A stretch of DNA of 64,000 bases. It comes from Raillietiella orientalis (lineage: Eukaryota). The notes below the pieces were generated by a model. The model saw nothing but the letters and a program-made list of their open reading frames with translations. It ran no database searches and was not told the origin of the DNA. The stretch is from positions 558,001 through 622,000 of the forward strand of contig JAYWIR010000043.1 of the NCBI GenBank assembly GCA_036172245.1, read 5' to 3'. Made by a program: the position numbers and the translations under genes. Shown here one piece after another: positions 12,201 through 26,100 of the stretch. Each line of letters starts with the position of its first letter. The first letter of the stretch is position 1.

Positions 12201-13722
12201 AGACATGTGCAGCTATTGATTAGTCCTAAACGCACGACAACTTACTCCCCTCTGCAACGTTTGTCTTTGTGCGGAAGACACGAAAACATGTTCCTCGAGG
12301 AACTGTACCTCCGGGGATTCAATAACATCTCCCGAAGAAATGCTTACGAGGTTTTATTCGATGGCATCGGTGTTGCTGCTCGATTCGAACGAAAACAGTG
12401 AACATCGCGAGATGTTCGACAAGCATCATCAACAGATTTCTGGAACATCCTGCACTCTTCATCTTTGCGCTCATTGCCTGAAGGTTTGCTCCAGGATATC
12501 GCCTCAGTCTTCCGTTGCAAAGCGTCTCCGCAGCCTTGAAGATGGCAGTTGCAAATTTAACAGTTAAGCTCCACTGACTTGTAGTGAAACGACGTCACTG
12601 AACTCATCCCGAAGTCTTCGTGATTCAACAGATGGTTCGATAGTGTCTACATCGATAGTAACGATTTCAAATTCTTAATAGATTTCGTAAATGTCCGATC
12701 CGACTTCAGCTGATTAATTTCCAAGTCAGTGGTACGTACAAACAGCAGCGTAACCATTCGTACACATGCTATTGATTCCGGTTACCTAGACGTTCTTGTT
12801 GTATGCGAAAGCACAAAGAGGAACAGGAAGCTGGATGATTTCCGAAGGACCCGTTCTCCTTAGGAAATAGATATTAACCATTCATCTTGAGACTGCATCG
12901 ACATACGGGAACCAGTAAGGATTTTCGTAGAGAGACTGGGTATGAATTCTACGACCCGATGGAATTCAAGCGCAGAATGTGTGCAGTGATATGGGTCGAA
13001 GTGATGCAACAACGTGGTCAGTGCACAATTCGCGGCCCTGAATCGGACTGCGCCAACGTCAGACACGAATGCCTCTTTGCATGAGCGGACCGACAGCTTC
13101 TTGCCGTGAAACTCGAATGTTTCAGCGTCCGTCAGAATTCCCGGGTTGAAAGTTTGCTCCCCTTATCTGCAGGGTCTCTGGCGATGCCGCAGCGACCTCA
13201 TGCATGGGATCGCTCACCGTGATTTCGAGGCAGGAGACGACGAGCTTTCACCTCCGGTCAAGTTTTGTGACGTTCAAACTGCAGCACGTGCAAGAGGAAC
13301 CAAAACTTCGAAAATCGCTCCCAGTTCCAAACGAAGCAATCCATTTCGTTGATCAGAGACCACCTTTGGATTGCTCTATCCCATCTACGGAAATTTCTCT
13401 CTGCTTTCCCCCTTCGAGAGATGCACTTTCGAAATTATTGGTGCTATTTTCTGCTATTTCTCGGTACCTCTTTGGATCTGAGCTTCCGAGGAAATTCAAC
13501 CAGGAAACAAAGATGGTGAGAGTTCGAGTGAGAAAATTCTCCAGTGAGGAAATCCGATAGATTGAAATGAAGGAAATAAATGATGAAACAATCACAATAA
13601 AACTACAGAAGCCGGGATTATCAGGACCTTTCCTGATAGCCGTGTACACTAAAGTTGCTGCCCTGAACCGAACGAAATAAACAGCAGACACGAATGCTTA
13701 CTTTGATGAATATCGAACTTAC

Positions 13723-13907
13723 TTCCGTGAAACTCTCAATCATCAGAGAGAAATGATCATCTAGGGAGGGAATAGGATGGTTTTCGAAATTGTTCTGAGA
13801 GCACAGCACTCCATCAGGTATAGAAAACTTTTTAGACGACCCGTTTTCATAAAAACTGATCCTGTAATGCAGATCCAGCCTCCTCTGTTTCCCGTACACG
13901 TACCCTC
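13723..13907 (-). CDS. LolA-like protein, exon 4: (G)GYVYGKQRRLDLHYRISFYE...FSIPDGVLCSQ...PIPSLDDHFSLMIESFTE
   Basis: Acceptor atatctag|, donor GAA|gtaagt; 185 nt, phase 1/0; F-x-x-P-x-G-x-x-C...P-x-L-x-x-x-FS-x-x-x-E linker motif. Confidence 0.85.
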
Positions 13908-13953
13908 CTAGATATATAATATCAAGTTTTCGAAACTAGAAGTCGCCAATCAC

Positions 13954-14205
13954 CATCAATTTTCATCCTGGATGCAAACAAACTCCAAGAACTGCTATTT
14001 TTAGCATTCGTGTAATATAATTCAATGGAATCGCCGGTCTCTTCGTTCATCACTATCTGGATCATCTCCTGTTGCCCCAGGCTCGCATACTTCACATCCA
14101 AGTGCTTTTTCTTGACGTATTCGAGGAGTAGATACAGAGGGACATAGGAGTTTGCTACATGGCTGCAATCGTCAGGATATTTCTCTATCTTCTGGCATTT
14201 CACAC
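13954..14205 (-). CDS. LolA-like protein, exon 3: (G)VKCQKIEKYPDDCSHV...SIELYYTNAKNSSSWSLFASRMKID(G)
   Basis: Acceptor cttctctttcag|, donor ATG|gtgatt; 252 nt, phase 1/1; lies in ORF 13922..14284. Confidence 0.8.
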
Positions 14206-15138
14206 CTGAAAGAGAAGCACAACTACAGCATCCACTTTTCGCTGGAGCATGCAAAGCAGATGAGCAAAGATCTCCATCCGTCACTTCAGGAGCAACAATT
14301 TAGTGCACCGCAGGTCAAAATTTTGACAAACACTGATGAATAAACAACAGACACTTTGAGTAGTTGAAAAGTCTGTCGGCCGGTTCCCGACTTCCCTACC
14401 CCGGACGATTTTCGTCATTTCATCCCGTCTGCCATTCCCCAACGTGGTGGCGCGAAACCCTTCCCGAACGTGGTGGTCAAATTGAATAGCCACATGCCAC
14501 ATCCGGGATATGTGTTTTCGACATTGAAACCCATTGAAGTTTGCGCTGGGTTGACCTTTTCAACCCAAGTTCCAACCTGTTTCGGGATGATGATGCTTCC
14601 CACCATGGGAACCCTCTTTGTTCGTGGGCAGCTGCTTCAGAAGCCCCTTCACGTGATCAGAAACGTTTCGGTGGAGACGGAAATGAAAAGCGATCTTAAA
14701 GTGCATTTTTCTCGCATGAATATCCATGACCCCGGAACGACCAGCGAAGGTGATCTTTGGTCGTCGCGAAACGCAGTGTGGGGATCATACACGAAGTGTT
14801 CACAGCTTCAGCAGCAAGTGCGAGTCCTTCGATGTGTGAGCAGCCAACGAAGCGCCATCTCACCGGAAGATTCCTCCACTTCTCGCAACAGATGGGAGGA
14901 GGTTCCAGCAGAATCTTCAGTGATTCTGGCTGCTTATGAGAAAATCCGTGAAAATCATCTCGAAAGGAAAGGAGTGGTTAATCGTCTGTGGAAGCACCTC
15001 ATTCAGTGCGCACATTGGACACAGAACATGGTTCCGGTGTGACTACACATTTCATTTTTGGTGACCCCAGCGAATCACCCAAGCTGAACACGCAAAATAT
15101 ACTCGGGATTACGCGCCCTTTCATTCCCCTACTTGCTG

Positions 15139-15164
<26 letters not shown>
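15139..15164. repeat. (GA)13 microsatellite
   Basis: Direct reading. Confidence 0.93.
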
Positions 15165-15169
<5 letters not shown>

Positions 15170-16923
15170 AACATGAGTTCCGGAGTATTGAATGGATTCA
15201 AGTGTAAGCAGAGGTTTGAAGATAGAAAAAACCCGCAAAATTCGAATCAATTCGGGAAACAAGTGGATTTTCTGAGAATTTGGATAATCGACATGCAACA
15301 CACAGATCTGATGGAAACATCTAGAATGCCAACTTCGAAAGGATTCTTGTTATTGTTCCACCTCCGTTATTACGGATCAAAAAACACTACTTCTGTGAAG
15401 TTTTATACGATAGCAGAAAACGCTTTCCGTCCAGCTTCTCATTACGTCGAAGATGAAAAAAGGCAAACAAAGTATATCTAGGGGTGTTTTCCAAAACTGC
15501 TTTTTTCCTCCCCCCTCTTTTTTTCTAAGCACTTGTTCTTGTTCAGAGAGAAAGAAACAACAGCCAAGCACCTATTTGCTTATGCCTTTTCCTGGAAGAT
15601 TCCTTACGGGCAAAGTTAAACTGATGTCTTCGAACATCTCGGGGTATGGTTTCCGATAGAATGAAAAGGAAGAAAGGACACTAAGATGAAAAGCAGGCTT
15701 CATCTGAGAATGAAGGAAGGCATCCAAGAACTTTCCCTCGATTTTCATCCTGAAGAGGAAGCAGGTCGCTATGCAACGCTGGATAAATTTATGAAGGGTG
15801 AGGTTTGGGTTTGCAGACATGAAAGCAATCCGCCTTGAGTTTCACCTATGCTTGCCGGATGTTCTTTCGAATAACAAACGTGCACTCCAGCTGACCAGCA
15901 TACTCGTCCCACCTTTCCTAGAGTCTTTTGTGGAATCAAAGCGACCTTTGTCCAGAGTGGATCTGCACTACGTCCAGAACTCCCTGCCACGAAGCAGCCG
16001 CGGATCAGAGATCTGGGCAGAAGTTCGGAAAGAGAGGGGGATGAGACGATCAATGAATAGCTAACGGCCTGACCTTCTCCAGTGAAACTTTTTGCAGTAG
16101 CAAGTCAGTCTGCTGGCTTTACCCGACGGCAGTGGTCTGTAAATCCGATGCCGAACGAAATCGAAGTGGCAGTCATAACAGGCATAATATGAGAAGGTTC
16201 CGGAACAATTCAGAATTTCCAGTCACCGGAGCGATCGAGGATCCCTTTGCAGGGCGCAACGAATACCTAGAGATGTGGCAGGAACAACGGGAACGCAAGA
16301 GGGTCGCCCAGTCATCCAAAGGTTGTCAAGACACCCACGAGGAGATGATTGAAGTTCTTGAATCGTCGCGAGGTTGAAAGCTTTCGAAGAGTGCGGATGA
16401 TACGATCGAGACTTTGCCACCGCAGCTTTCGCGGCTCTTACGCCCCGACCTGTCAACAAAACGACCGAAGACCGCATATGGGGAATCTGAAGAGTGGAAA
16501 AGGCAGGGCCCGACTGAAGGCGTTCCAGGAGTGGGCCGCAAGCTTCAAAGAGCAGCGATAAACAAATTAGCCTGCTCGGTTTGAACGTCGTTATCTACAG
16601 GGGACGCTGACTCTTGAAAGCGTCCAGGTCACAAGCACCGAAGTAGCAGGTTGCGGTCTTCAGTACCTCTCACGAAATTCCTTCATAAAATCGAAGACGG
16701 AATGCCAAAACACGAGGAGGAACCGCTCGGTCATCCGAGGTCAGGAAGGAGGCGCCCACTGCAAGAACGACTTCATGTGGGTAGGAACGAATTTCCGGTG
16801 TCAGTATTTTCCCCTGAGCGCATCCTCAGAATTCTTGGAAGAGGAATCGCAGCCGCCGAATTCGAGTACGAATGTCATCAAATTAAGTGACCGGAAGAGT
16901 CTTCTCGAAGACACAAAGAAAAT

Positions 16924-16995
16924 GTGCAAGAGCAGCGCAAGAAGTGCAAGAGCAGTGCAAGAAAGTGTGCAAGAGCAGCGCAAGAAGCAAAAGCA
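16924..16995. repeat. Imperfect minisatellite, unit ~gtgcaagagcagcgcaagaa
   Basis: About 3 degenerate copies built on a gcaaga core. Confidence 0.8.
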
Positions 16996-19900
16996 GATGA
17001 GACCCTAAATTTTCGCCGCCTACAGGTAGATGTCGGAATCTTCGATGATTTCAACATCTCGTTGTTCCTGGTCGTATTTTGCAGCGACAAAAAAAGAAAA
17101 AAGGAAAGAAGGAGAACTCATCCCGATCTTTAGCTTTAAATCATTTTCCAGACTCGGTTCCGCTTTGCTTTAAGCTTTTCCATGTTCGGAATGGGCGTGC
17201 ATCCATGATGCAATCCCTGATCACTAAAACCTATGGAATGACAGCTCACAACAGGAACCCCACAAATATCTGCTTGTGCTGTTTCGCTCAGAAGATGAGG
17301 ATGCTTTCTTGAAATCATCTTGCGATATGGAAACGGAGAAAAAACTCTCATTCACAAATGAGAAGGTCGACTCGCATCATGAAAAACTGTTTATTGGGGA
17401 ACGGCGGATCGAAGCGAGTTGTTATTCATTCGACTTGAAAAATCATCACCTGTTTCCGAGCTATCCTTCCGGGCTTTAATCCCCATCAGTCCTATGATCT
17501 CCAGCGATCTGCACTTTGAATTTTCATCATCACGTCTTGCTTCGCTTTCAAAGTGTTGATCCCGGCTGTTGCCCAGCTGCTTTTTCCCTGTGCCCTGCCC
17601 AGAAGTCCGCCAGTCGTTCCAACGTGGCACTCGAAAAAGCGCCATTCCCCATAAAACGATCCACCAGCCGTACAGGGAACACGCCGCCTTGGAGGAAACA
17701 CCTCCACGAAGTGGATCCTTCCTCCAGGACCAGTGCCACCGTTCGAAGGCACTCGAGCTTCCTAACTGGCATTATTTATGCCTATTAGTTGATAACCTGA
17801 CATGCATCTGCTTTCATGTCTAAACCAATAAGCGAGCATGATCTCCGGAAATTCTCCAGCACTGACTCATTCGTGATGAGATTTTCTCTCTATTTTTTTT
17901 GGGTCTCGATTTATGAATGCCTGCTCTTTGCGCATTCGTCACATTCTTAGAATGTCAAAGTTGCCAGTCAAAACGCATGTTTCACTCCAGAGCCGTTCTC
18001 ATTAATCTCTGGTCTAAAGTAGGAGCTACTTGGGATGCGCTCCTCACATAAACTGCAGCGGCAGCAGCTATTGGGAAGATCGGAAGCAATAAAACGAGCG
18101 TAAAAGCACAGCATCCGAAAGTGTTGACCGTCCGGCTGCTCTGAGAAGCGCGCAAAAAGACGAGTCGCCCCTCTTGAAGGTCTTGCAGCAAGCCGGCGGT
18201 AAACCGGAGTGGGGACCCCAGTAGAACGACGGGGCACCGTCGCGTGGGTTCCAAGAGCGAGAGAAGACCGGGGGCGAAGACGAAGAGATCATCGTCAATC
18301 CCTCTCCACTCGGCAATAAGGATCCCGGGCGGACGAACGAAAACTCCCGGAGGATACGGACGCGAAGCCGACTCTGTAGTCCCGGAAACGCTCCGGAGGG
18401 TTTCAGCGGACAAGTCGCCCCCCCCTCCGAAGAGTGCGTGTCGCCGTCGTGTCGTAAGAGAGAGAGAGAGCGACCTGGGAACGGCTGCCTTTCCGTACTG
18501 CCTACTGCAGGAAGAAAGCGTGTGTGACCAAGGATGCAGCATCCAAAAAAGCTGCTCGTTCGCTGCATTCTTTTGCTGCAGGGATCGAGCAAAGTCGAAT
18601 GCAAAACCATCACGCCGAAATCCATCCCTGGATTTTTCATCTCCTTCATTCAACACAAAGGAAAACGAAGACCTTCTGTCATTAGTCGTTACACCCACTC
18701 TGTGATTATGACCCGACTATTGTTATCGTGGTCATCATATCACTAATGCCCTATTCATTTTTACTACGCTTTCTGAACTGTTAATTTGCACGCCCTCTGG
18801 GGAGGCCTTCACTCATAAGGCCTACACGTGCAATCACTGTAATTGCGATGTTCGAGTTTTTGTGACCACACCTTCCTAAAAGGTGCAACTGTTCGTACGG
18901 CGGACGGACACATCTGTGCAGATTCCGAAGCTGATTTCGAAGAAGTCACACGTCGATTTTCCAGCCAAAGTTTGGAAACCGTGGACAAGGAAATTTCGTC
19001 GGTCTGCGACTTCGCAAATGGTTCTCAGCTCATGCGATTATGATTCGCAGTCTCCGAGGGACGTTCGAGGCGAGGCTCATTATCTACAGGGGTCTTCCAA
19101 GAAGCTGCGTCCCGTCAGTCGTCCTTTCGTGCCGCTGGACGTGAAACGTGAGTTTCGCACCATGGAGACGGGCGATGGGGAAAGATGCAAGCAACACGAG
19201 ATTCCAGGATGAGACTGCATGCAACGGGTTTTCCCGAATGGGGTTGACGTGTCGCTGAGCATGAGGGATACGAGGCTGAAGGTGAGGATTGCATCCGAGG
19301 AGACGCATTGCTTGGCCCTCGAAATATCGGAGGGATACTATAGACGGGGAAAGAAGGAAGAATCCGAAACGACTTGCTCACCAGTAGCCAGCTATTAGCT
19401 CTCCGATCCCCCCTCCCTCCATTTACGACCATCGTTGGTTATATTCGAATTCGAAAGCTCAGTTTCCATCGGAAAACGAGCTCCTCGGATCTTTCCAGTA
19501 GCTTCCTCTACTACAGTTTCCCCCCATAACAGTGATTCACTTTTCGTTTCCGTAATGGCCGCCTGCCTGGGTAATGGACCTCGAGAAACTTCGAAAATGA
19601 CCGCCTGTTTCGTAGGGGTTAGCCGGCGAGCACTGCTTGCTTGTAGGAAGTGGATGGATGCACAGCAGAAACCTCCTCCTCCCTTAACAGGAAATGGTAA
19701 ATGCCGAAATGACCGTGCCCCATATGGAATGCATTCTTTGAATCACACTGACTTCGTGCTGACCAATGATTCACAAACATTCCAACGCATGACGCGGTAG
19801 TAAATGGGAAGGCATTTCACGCGAAAGCTAAGGATGTTTGACCAATCTAAGAGAGTTTATCCAGCCATAGGCTCTATGCATAAATATGCTGATGAAGCAG

Positions 19901-20105
19901 TAAAGGGCGCTTCAGTTCCTATGAAACGCAATGGTCACAGGAATGTCTCACAAAACACGAAACACGCCAATCTGCCCTGAGCAAGATCGATCTCCACGTT
20001 GCCGATGATCATTTTCGGTCATCTCCGCTATGGAAACACCGATGCATCCCTACAGACAACAACAAATTCACTGCTCCTGATTTTCAGCAAAGAAAGAGCT
20101 CCTTT

Positions 20106-20124
20106 TGTGTGTGTGTGTGTGTGT
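20106..20124. repeat. (TG)9 microsatellite
   Basis: Direct reading. Confidence 0.9.
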
Positions 20125-23100
20125 ATGAGCAAACATGTAAACATCTGATGCAGAAAAAAAAAAAACATCGAGATCCATTTCAATCTGATATCCTGAACAA
20201 CCGAGCAGTCCTTCCTGGATCCTTACCCTACTTCCACACGTAGCAGTAGTCATTTCCATGTACTTCTTCCCACGGGCAGTGCCACCCACATGGCGCGGAC
20301 GCAAGAAAACCACGTGTTTGCTTGCGTCTCGTCATCTGGAACCCCGGATGGACCTCTTTTCCCAGCTTCACAAGCGAGCAGCTGCAAAGACGGCTTCAGT
20401 TTGCAGTCCCGGAACTCGAGTCCAAGGATTTTCAGCACCAGTCGTCGGCAGCTGGGGTCCAGCCGCTGGAATTCCTGAGATTCTTCGCTTTTCCTTTCCG
20501 AAGCTATTCAAAAGCTATTATCTTTTTCAAGATCACAAATCCAGTTTCTCTAGCTGACAGCTCCTTTGGTAATGAACTTGAAGACAACCGAGCGGGAAAA
20601 AAGATGGCAGATTCCTCAGGAACGGATCCGGAGCGAGAGCGATGGGTTTCGCAGGTTCTTCCTGGTTCTTCCTTCCCGCGGGTTCAGGATGATCCTGGCG
20701 CGGGCCGCATGCGGTACGTTTTTCGGGGAAGGAAGAACGGGAGCACCCGAAGGCACTTGCTGGCGTGCACGTTTGGAGGCAACGAGCTGGTACACAAGAG
20801 GCACGCGTCTGCCCTGCACGCACAGAGCAACAAATAGAACGATCCGTGTTTCTACGATCGGTAGTCTCGGGAAGAGACCTTGCAACGAACCGTGGACCAA
20901 GGAGAACGCTCCTCCCTGCGTTCGAAACCGGGAGAGAGTGCATAACGAGGCGGAGCCGCTTTGAATTTCGGCATCATTCCTTCCAGGAATGGAAGGCCGG
21001 CCGGCGCGAGTGACACGGAGGAGGAAATCCCTCAAGGAAAAACACCGAGTGTTCCATGACCTCAAGTTTTCCGGTGAATGGGTACGAACGTAACCGTGTG
21101 GAAAGCGTGGAAGGAAAGCAGGCGGCAGAGTCACGACTTATTCCAGGAGAGACGCATTTCCGGTTCGGAGCGGCCGGCGATCCGATTAAGTCAGAAAACT
21201 CCAAGAGTCGCGCGGCTCTGAGAGAGCCGCTTGGCACGAAGCGTTTGGCTGCAGATGCAGTTTCCAGGCACCAGATGCGGACCATTAGTGGCCACGAAAT
21301 CGCCCCGCACCTCCCGAGTGCAGGCACGTTTCGGACGTGCATCCAGTTTCCTTTGCAAAACCGTAATTTCTGAAATCCGAACGAGGAATAATAATTTTCC
21401 TGGAAAGCTGGAAGCACAAGCACTGGCGACCGTGTTCCACTCGCAGAATACGATTTCGGATTCTGTTTATGATTTTCGCGTGATATTCCTTGTCGTCGTG
21501 GACCTTTTGCCTGATGGATTTTTTGGTTTATCGATTGGCCTCTTCCCCGGCTCCTGTGCTCGTGGAGATTTAAGTGGAGGGCTCCCGGTTTCCCCGGTTA
21601 CACAGAATCGTTTTCGCCCGAGTGGAATCGGCGTTGCACTTCGGAGGAAACGCTATTTCTTCTCGAAAAATGATCAGGGATGTCGCGGACGCTGGTTTCC
21701 CCCCTTCCGATCCTTTAAGGGCAAAGGAACGGAAAAAGAAACCTCTTCTGGTCCAGAAACGAGTTCCTTCAAGAAACTCGAATGATTCCTTTCTGTTTCA
21801 GCGGAACTCCGATCCGAATCGAAGGATCTCAAAGACATCGACAAGTGTCCGGTTCGATGGTCACGGACGCATAGTCAGGATAAACTCCCTATTTTCATGG
21901 CGCCATCATCCAAGGATGGCGCTCCCATTGACTCTGCCCGGCGCTGGCGCGTCCGCCTTCCCAGAATGCAGAAAGGTTATTTGCATCTTCGTCCGTCCTC
22001 CAAAGTGGGAACAGAAATAATTTCGCCTTTTCATCTCCTACGCACACGTACGTCCCACTTTGCTTTATTAAGAGTGTGAAATTCCCATGTTATTTTCCAG
22101 ATTATCCTTTTCACGATGCGAGGGCCTTCGAACGAGACATTTTTGTTAGAGGCTTTTTGTTCATCTTTCTTCTTTATGATGCCAAAGACTCGAAATTTCG
22201 TCCCTGACTGGCGGCACAGCCAGTGGAATTGGGACTCTTTCATCACCAACTCTTTAACCGTCGCGCGTGTTCCACTGGCCATTTCCCTAATGCGTTCCGG
22301 GCTTGGCGAGGAGGTCCCGAGCCGGGATGGGGAGACGGCAAACGGTACGTCTGTGCGTCAGCACTTGATACTTGAAGTGTGCCAGCCCACTTTTTGGAAA
22401 TCAGGCCATACATACGAAGAGTTCGGTACACTAGAAGCCCGTCGGGGAAGTTCTAAAAATCTCCGCGGGTCTTTCCAGCTGCGGCTGAATTGCCGGCATA
22501 GAAAGATATGTCTCGGAAAATCTGCTCCTTCTATTTGCTATGGAGGATTTGGACGTCCGCGAGGAGACACCAAAATGAAAACAATCGCTGAATCCGTGAG
22601 TTTTATGGAAACGACTGCCGGAAGAAAGCATTATCGGTCAGCATGGACGAACCGTCGTCATGCAATCGGTTTCAGCGCTCCTTTGGACTGGCCGATCTTC
22701 GATGTCCACCAACCTCTTTTCAGGCGTTTCCAACCGGTTTTCCAGCAAATTTGGATTTCACGGTCTACCTTTTAAGACTGCAAAGGTCTGTCAGGGCCTT
22801 CGGAGGTGTTACTCGCCATGAGGGCTTTTCACCTCTTAGGATCTGCAGTCATTCAAGGAGAGGTGGCTTGGCAAGAGGAACCGACGGGAGGATGAATTTG
22901 CGAACCCGCGGCGTTTCCAAGGAGCACCTCCGCGGGTTTGTTTGATGTTCCGAAGACCAAGGGCCACGCATGGCTAGAACTAAGCTAGAGTGCCAGTCTT
23001 CCTCGCTCGCTGCCTTGGTTGCGCGTGCATGCACAATGGTACTTGCATCTGTGCATCCCAGTTTCCCAGAGACCCCCGGAACAGTTCTGGACAGTTCCGT

Positions 23101-26100
23101 CACCTTCGCGATGCTGCCGATCAACGGGATGAAAACTGTGAAAGTTCCCGAACTCTCACTGATCGCTACAGGGAATAAGTGGTTTCCCTGTGCACCGGTA
23201 ATTATTCAGAGGTAAGATTTACAATTACAGAGTCTGCCTTGTTGGCCTAATGAATCTTCTTTGCTGGTTCCCAAACGAAAGCCGGCCGCATGACGTTTGT
23301 TTATGGATGGAGAAAAAATCTCCTCCCGGTGATTTCTACGGGCTAACTTGTTCTCGCTCCATTCTACGGCCTTGGATCCGATGGAAGATCCAAAGTCTTT
23401 GTTTCCCACGTGACGTGGAGCACCTCACGTTGTTTAACGAACAGCAATTAACTTTTCCTGCTTGTCAGTCTTGATTTGGAAGTCCTCCCTGAAATGTGCC
23501 TTCCTTTTTTGCGGTGTACTCACATCGCCAATGGATGTGCTCGGTTTCGAATTTTAATTATCGGCACATACGTCAGTGCTCCGGGGATCAATTTCCAGTA
23601 AATACTTTGTTTCCCGAACTGGCTCCACGCACGCGGTACTTTGAGATTTCGGTTTCATCATCATCTCTCTGCAAGAACTCTCTTCCAGTGATTGGCCCAT
23701 TCTATTTTCCAGGCCCGCTCGCGCCGTGCCCGACTTTCACGAGGAGCTCATCGGAGGTTTGATGAGGCTTTAAAGCTTTTGAAGGCCTCCCTCCTAAAGG
23801 AATCCTCCTCGCATTTGCGAGTTGGCTTTTATAGTGGTGGGCACGTTTGAAAACGATCTCTTTTCACTCTTTGTCCTTGCTACCTTTTTCTTTTCCCCAT
23901 TTTCCTACATCTGGAGGCAGGCAATCGACGTTAGCCTTTTAGCAGAGAAGTAGAAGCTTTACTGTGTAATAACATGTTTTTTTTTATTCCAAGATTGGAA
24001 CCGTCTCCTCGGACCATTTCGGGAGTTCAAAAGCAATCCTTGGATCGTGGCTAGAAAGGAATGTGATTTCCATTCTTCGGACCTCAATGTTTATGCCGTC
24101 GCAATCAGACTGCCTGCTGGAATTGCCTTCTGTCTTCTTTTACATGCTGTTTCAGGGCATTCTCTCGTTTCAGCTTTCTTCCGTCTTCTACGCAGCCCCT
24201 CCTCCACACTTGAAGAAGGATCAGAAGGAAGCGGTGGGTCCACCGAGCACGGTACGGCGTCTTCTTCCACCTTCCCTCGGCCTCCGTCATCTCGGGCCAT
24301 CTTGGCGGGAAAACAAAAACCGCCACGAAGAGTATGCGGAAAATTAGATTTCGGTGATCAAATTTATATCGGCTTCAGGCAGGAGCTCAAGGAATGCGAG
24401 GAATCCAAAGTGGAAAAACAAAAGCGCGCTTAGTGGGAAAAGCGGAAGCGTCTGCCTGGAGAGAGAACTCGGACCTGCTCCCACTGAACGTACCCATATC
24501 AATTAGATGACATCTGTTCCCCCGGAAGAGGAGCAGGGGAACTGGCAGGAGCGGGCTGCTCCTCCTGTTAATTGCCCTTTTATGAATAAAGGCAGCTTTG
24601 CACTGGTACCATGCGGTCGATCTTCATGGACTCATCAGGCGTCTCTCGAGTTTCCTGAGTTGCTGTAGGAATGTGTCTGCTTGTGTTTACGAAAACATCG
24701 GATCCAACGTTACTGCAGCTGCGCCACATTCAGTCGCGATGGCTACATTTCCGAAGAACCCCCGGCGCTTTGCCCACGAAAGTTTTAGATTTCATAGAAG
24801 ACAGCTCGAAAACAGCTTGAAGTACAGCTGTGACGTCACTAGCATCGTGAATCATGACAGGGAGCATCTCTGATCCGTTGCTGATAATTTCCGGAAAGGT
24901 CCAGCACTCTTTGAGACGTAGCCGTGCACGACGGCAAGATCGCACTTCTTTCCAGGTGAGGGAGATGCCCATAAAGAAGTCAATGTGCGATCCACTCCGT
25001 TTCGGATTCTCCACCTCGTTTTTTTCCTCATGCGATTTTTCTAGGCAAAAAGCAAACAGGCCGAAGACCGATTTGTTTTCCAAAGGCCACAGGCGTCTTC
25101 CACGACGGGTACGCTCCATTCGAATGGTTATTTCTTTCTCTATGAATGTCTTTGGGTACCACACTCAGAATTCTGTTCTTCACCGCAATCTGAGATGATG
25201 GTCGATTTCGCATTGCGCCAATTGAGCGGACTTCATCTTTCCGCAGATGCTATGACCGAGACCAGATCAAAGAGATTCCACCGAATCCATCAGCATGGAC
25301 ACGCTTTGGAAGACCGAAAAACCTGTAACGGAATTTCAGCTGTTCACAACAGAGTTCCTGGAAGATCCCGAGAGCTCAGGAAAGTTCAACATGCAGTCTG
25401 AAGATTCCAATCACTTTGGGAACCATCAGCAACACGACAGTTATCACATCCATGCATTGTCCCTCTGATTCGTGTGAAACCTCAGATCTCTTCATGCGAA
25501 TCGCTCCAACGAGAATTCCAACCTTTCACCTCTTGAAACGAATTGGTTCGTTGTTTTCTGTCTGTCGGATTCATGGATAGAAGAAAGAGGAATGCAGTGT
25601 GTTTTTTCGGTGTTCGGCCGATTTGAGTCTCCTTCCTTCTAGCGTTTCAAAAGATTTTCGCTTCTTTACTGGTTCCATTCCCACGTGCAAGTTTGATTTT
25701 TCTTGTCCCATGTCTCTTCTGGAAACTCGCAAAGACCTCCCGAAATCCTTCGTTCTTCTAAGGGAGGAAAAGAAAGCAAAAAGCCATGGTCTTTCGAGTC
25801 CGAACTGGTCTGCCTAAGAGGGACTGCTGACATTCGTGACGGCTCCATCCGTCCTGTCTTTTCTCCGCTGTCTTGAAATCTCTTGTTGTGGCTTGTCTCT
25901 TAGCAACACTGAGATACTTTTCTCGCACGAGCCACTTCTTCACCCCATGAGAAGCAGACGCCACTCTGAGGTCGCGTTACACACACACACGCAGGACACC
26001 AGAAGCCTAAGACTGGGAATTCAAAGAGAACGAGGGAGCTTAGAGGAGGGAGACGTTGATAGCCGTGAACTATTTGCAAATATCATCATCCCAGAGCGAA

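Noticed and set aside
13628..13662. Apparent exon GSNFSVHGYQER after a 60-nt intron
   Set aside because: Runs into a stop with only a poor donor; the 9061-9235 exon is a much better continuation.
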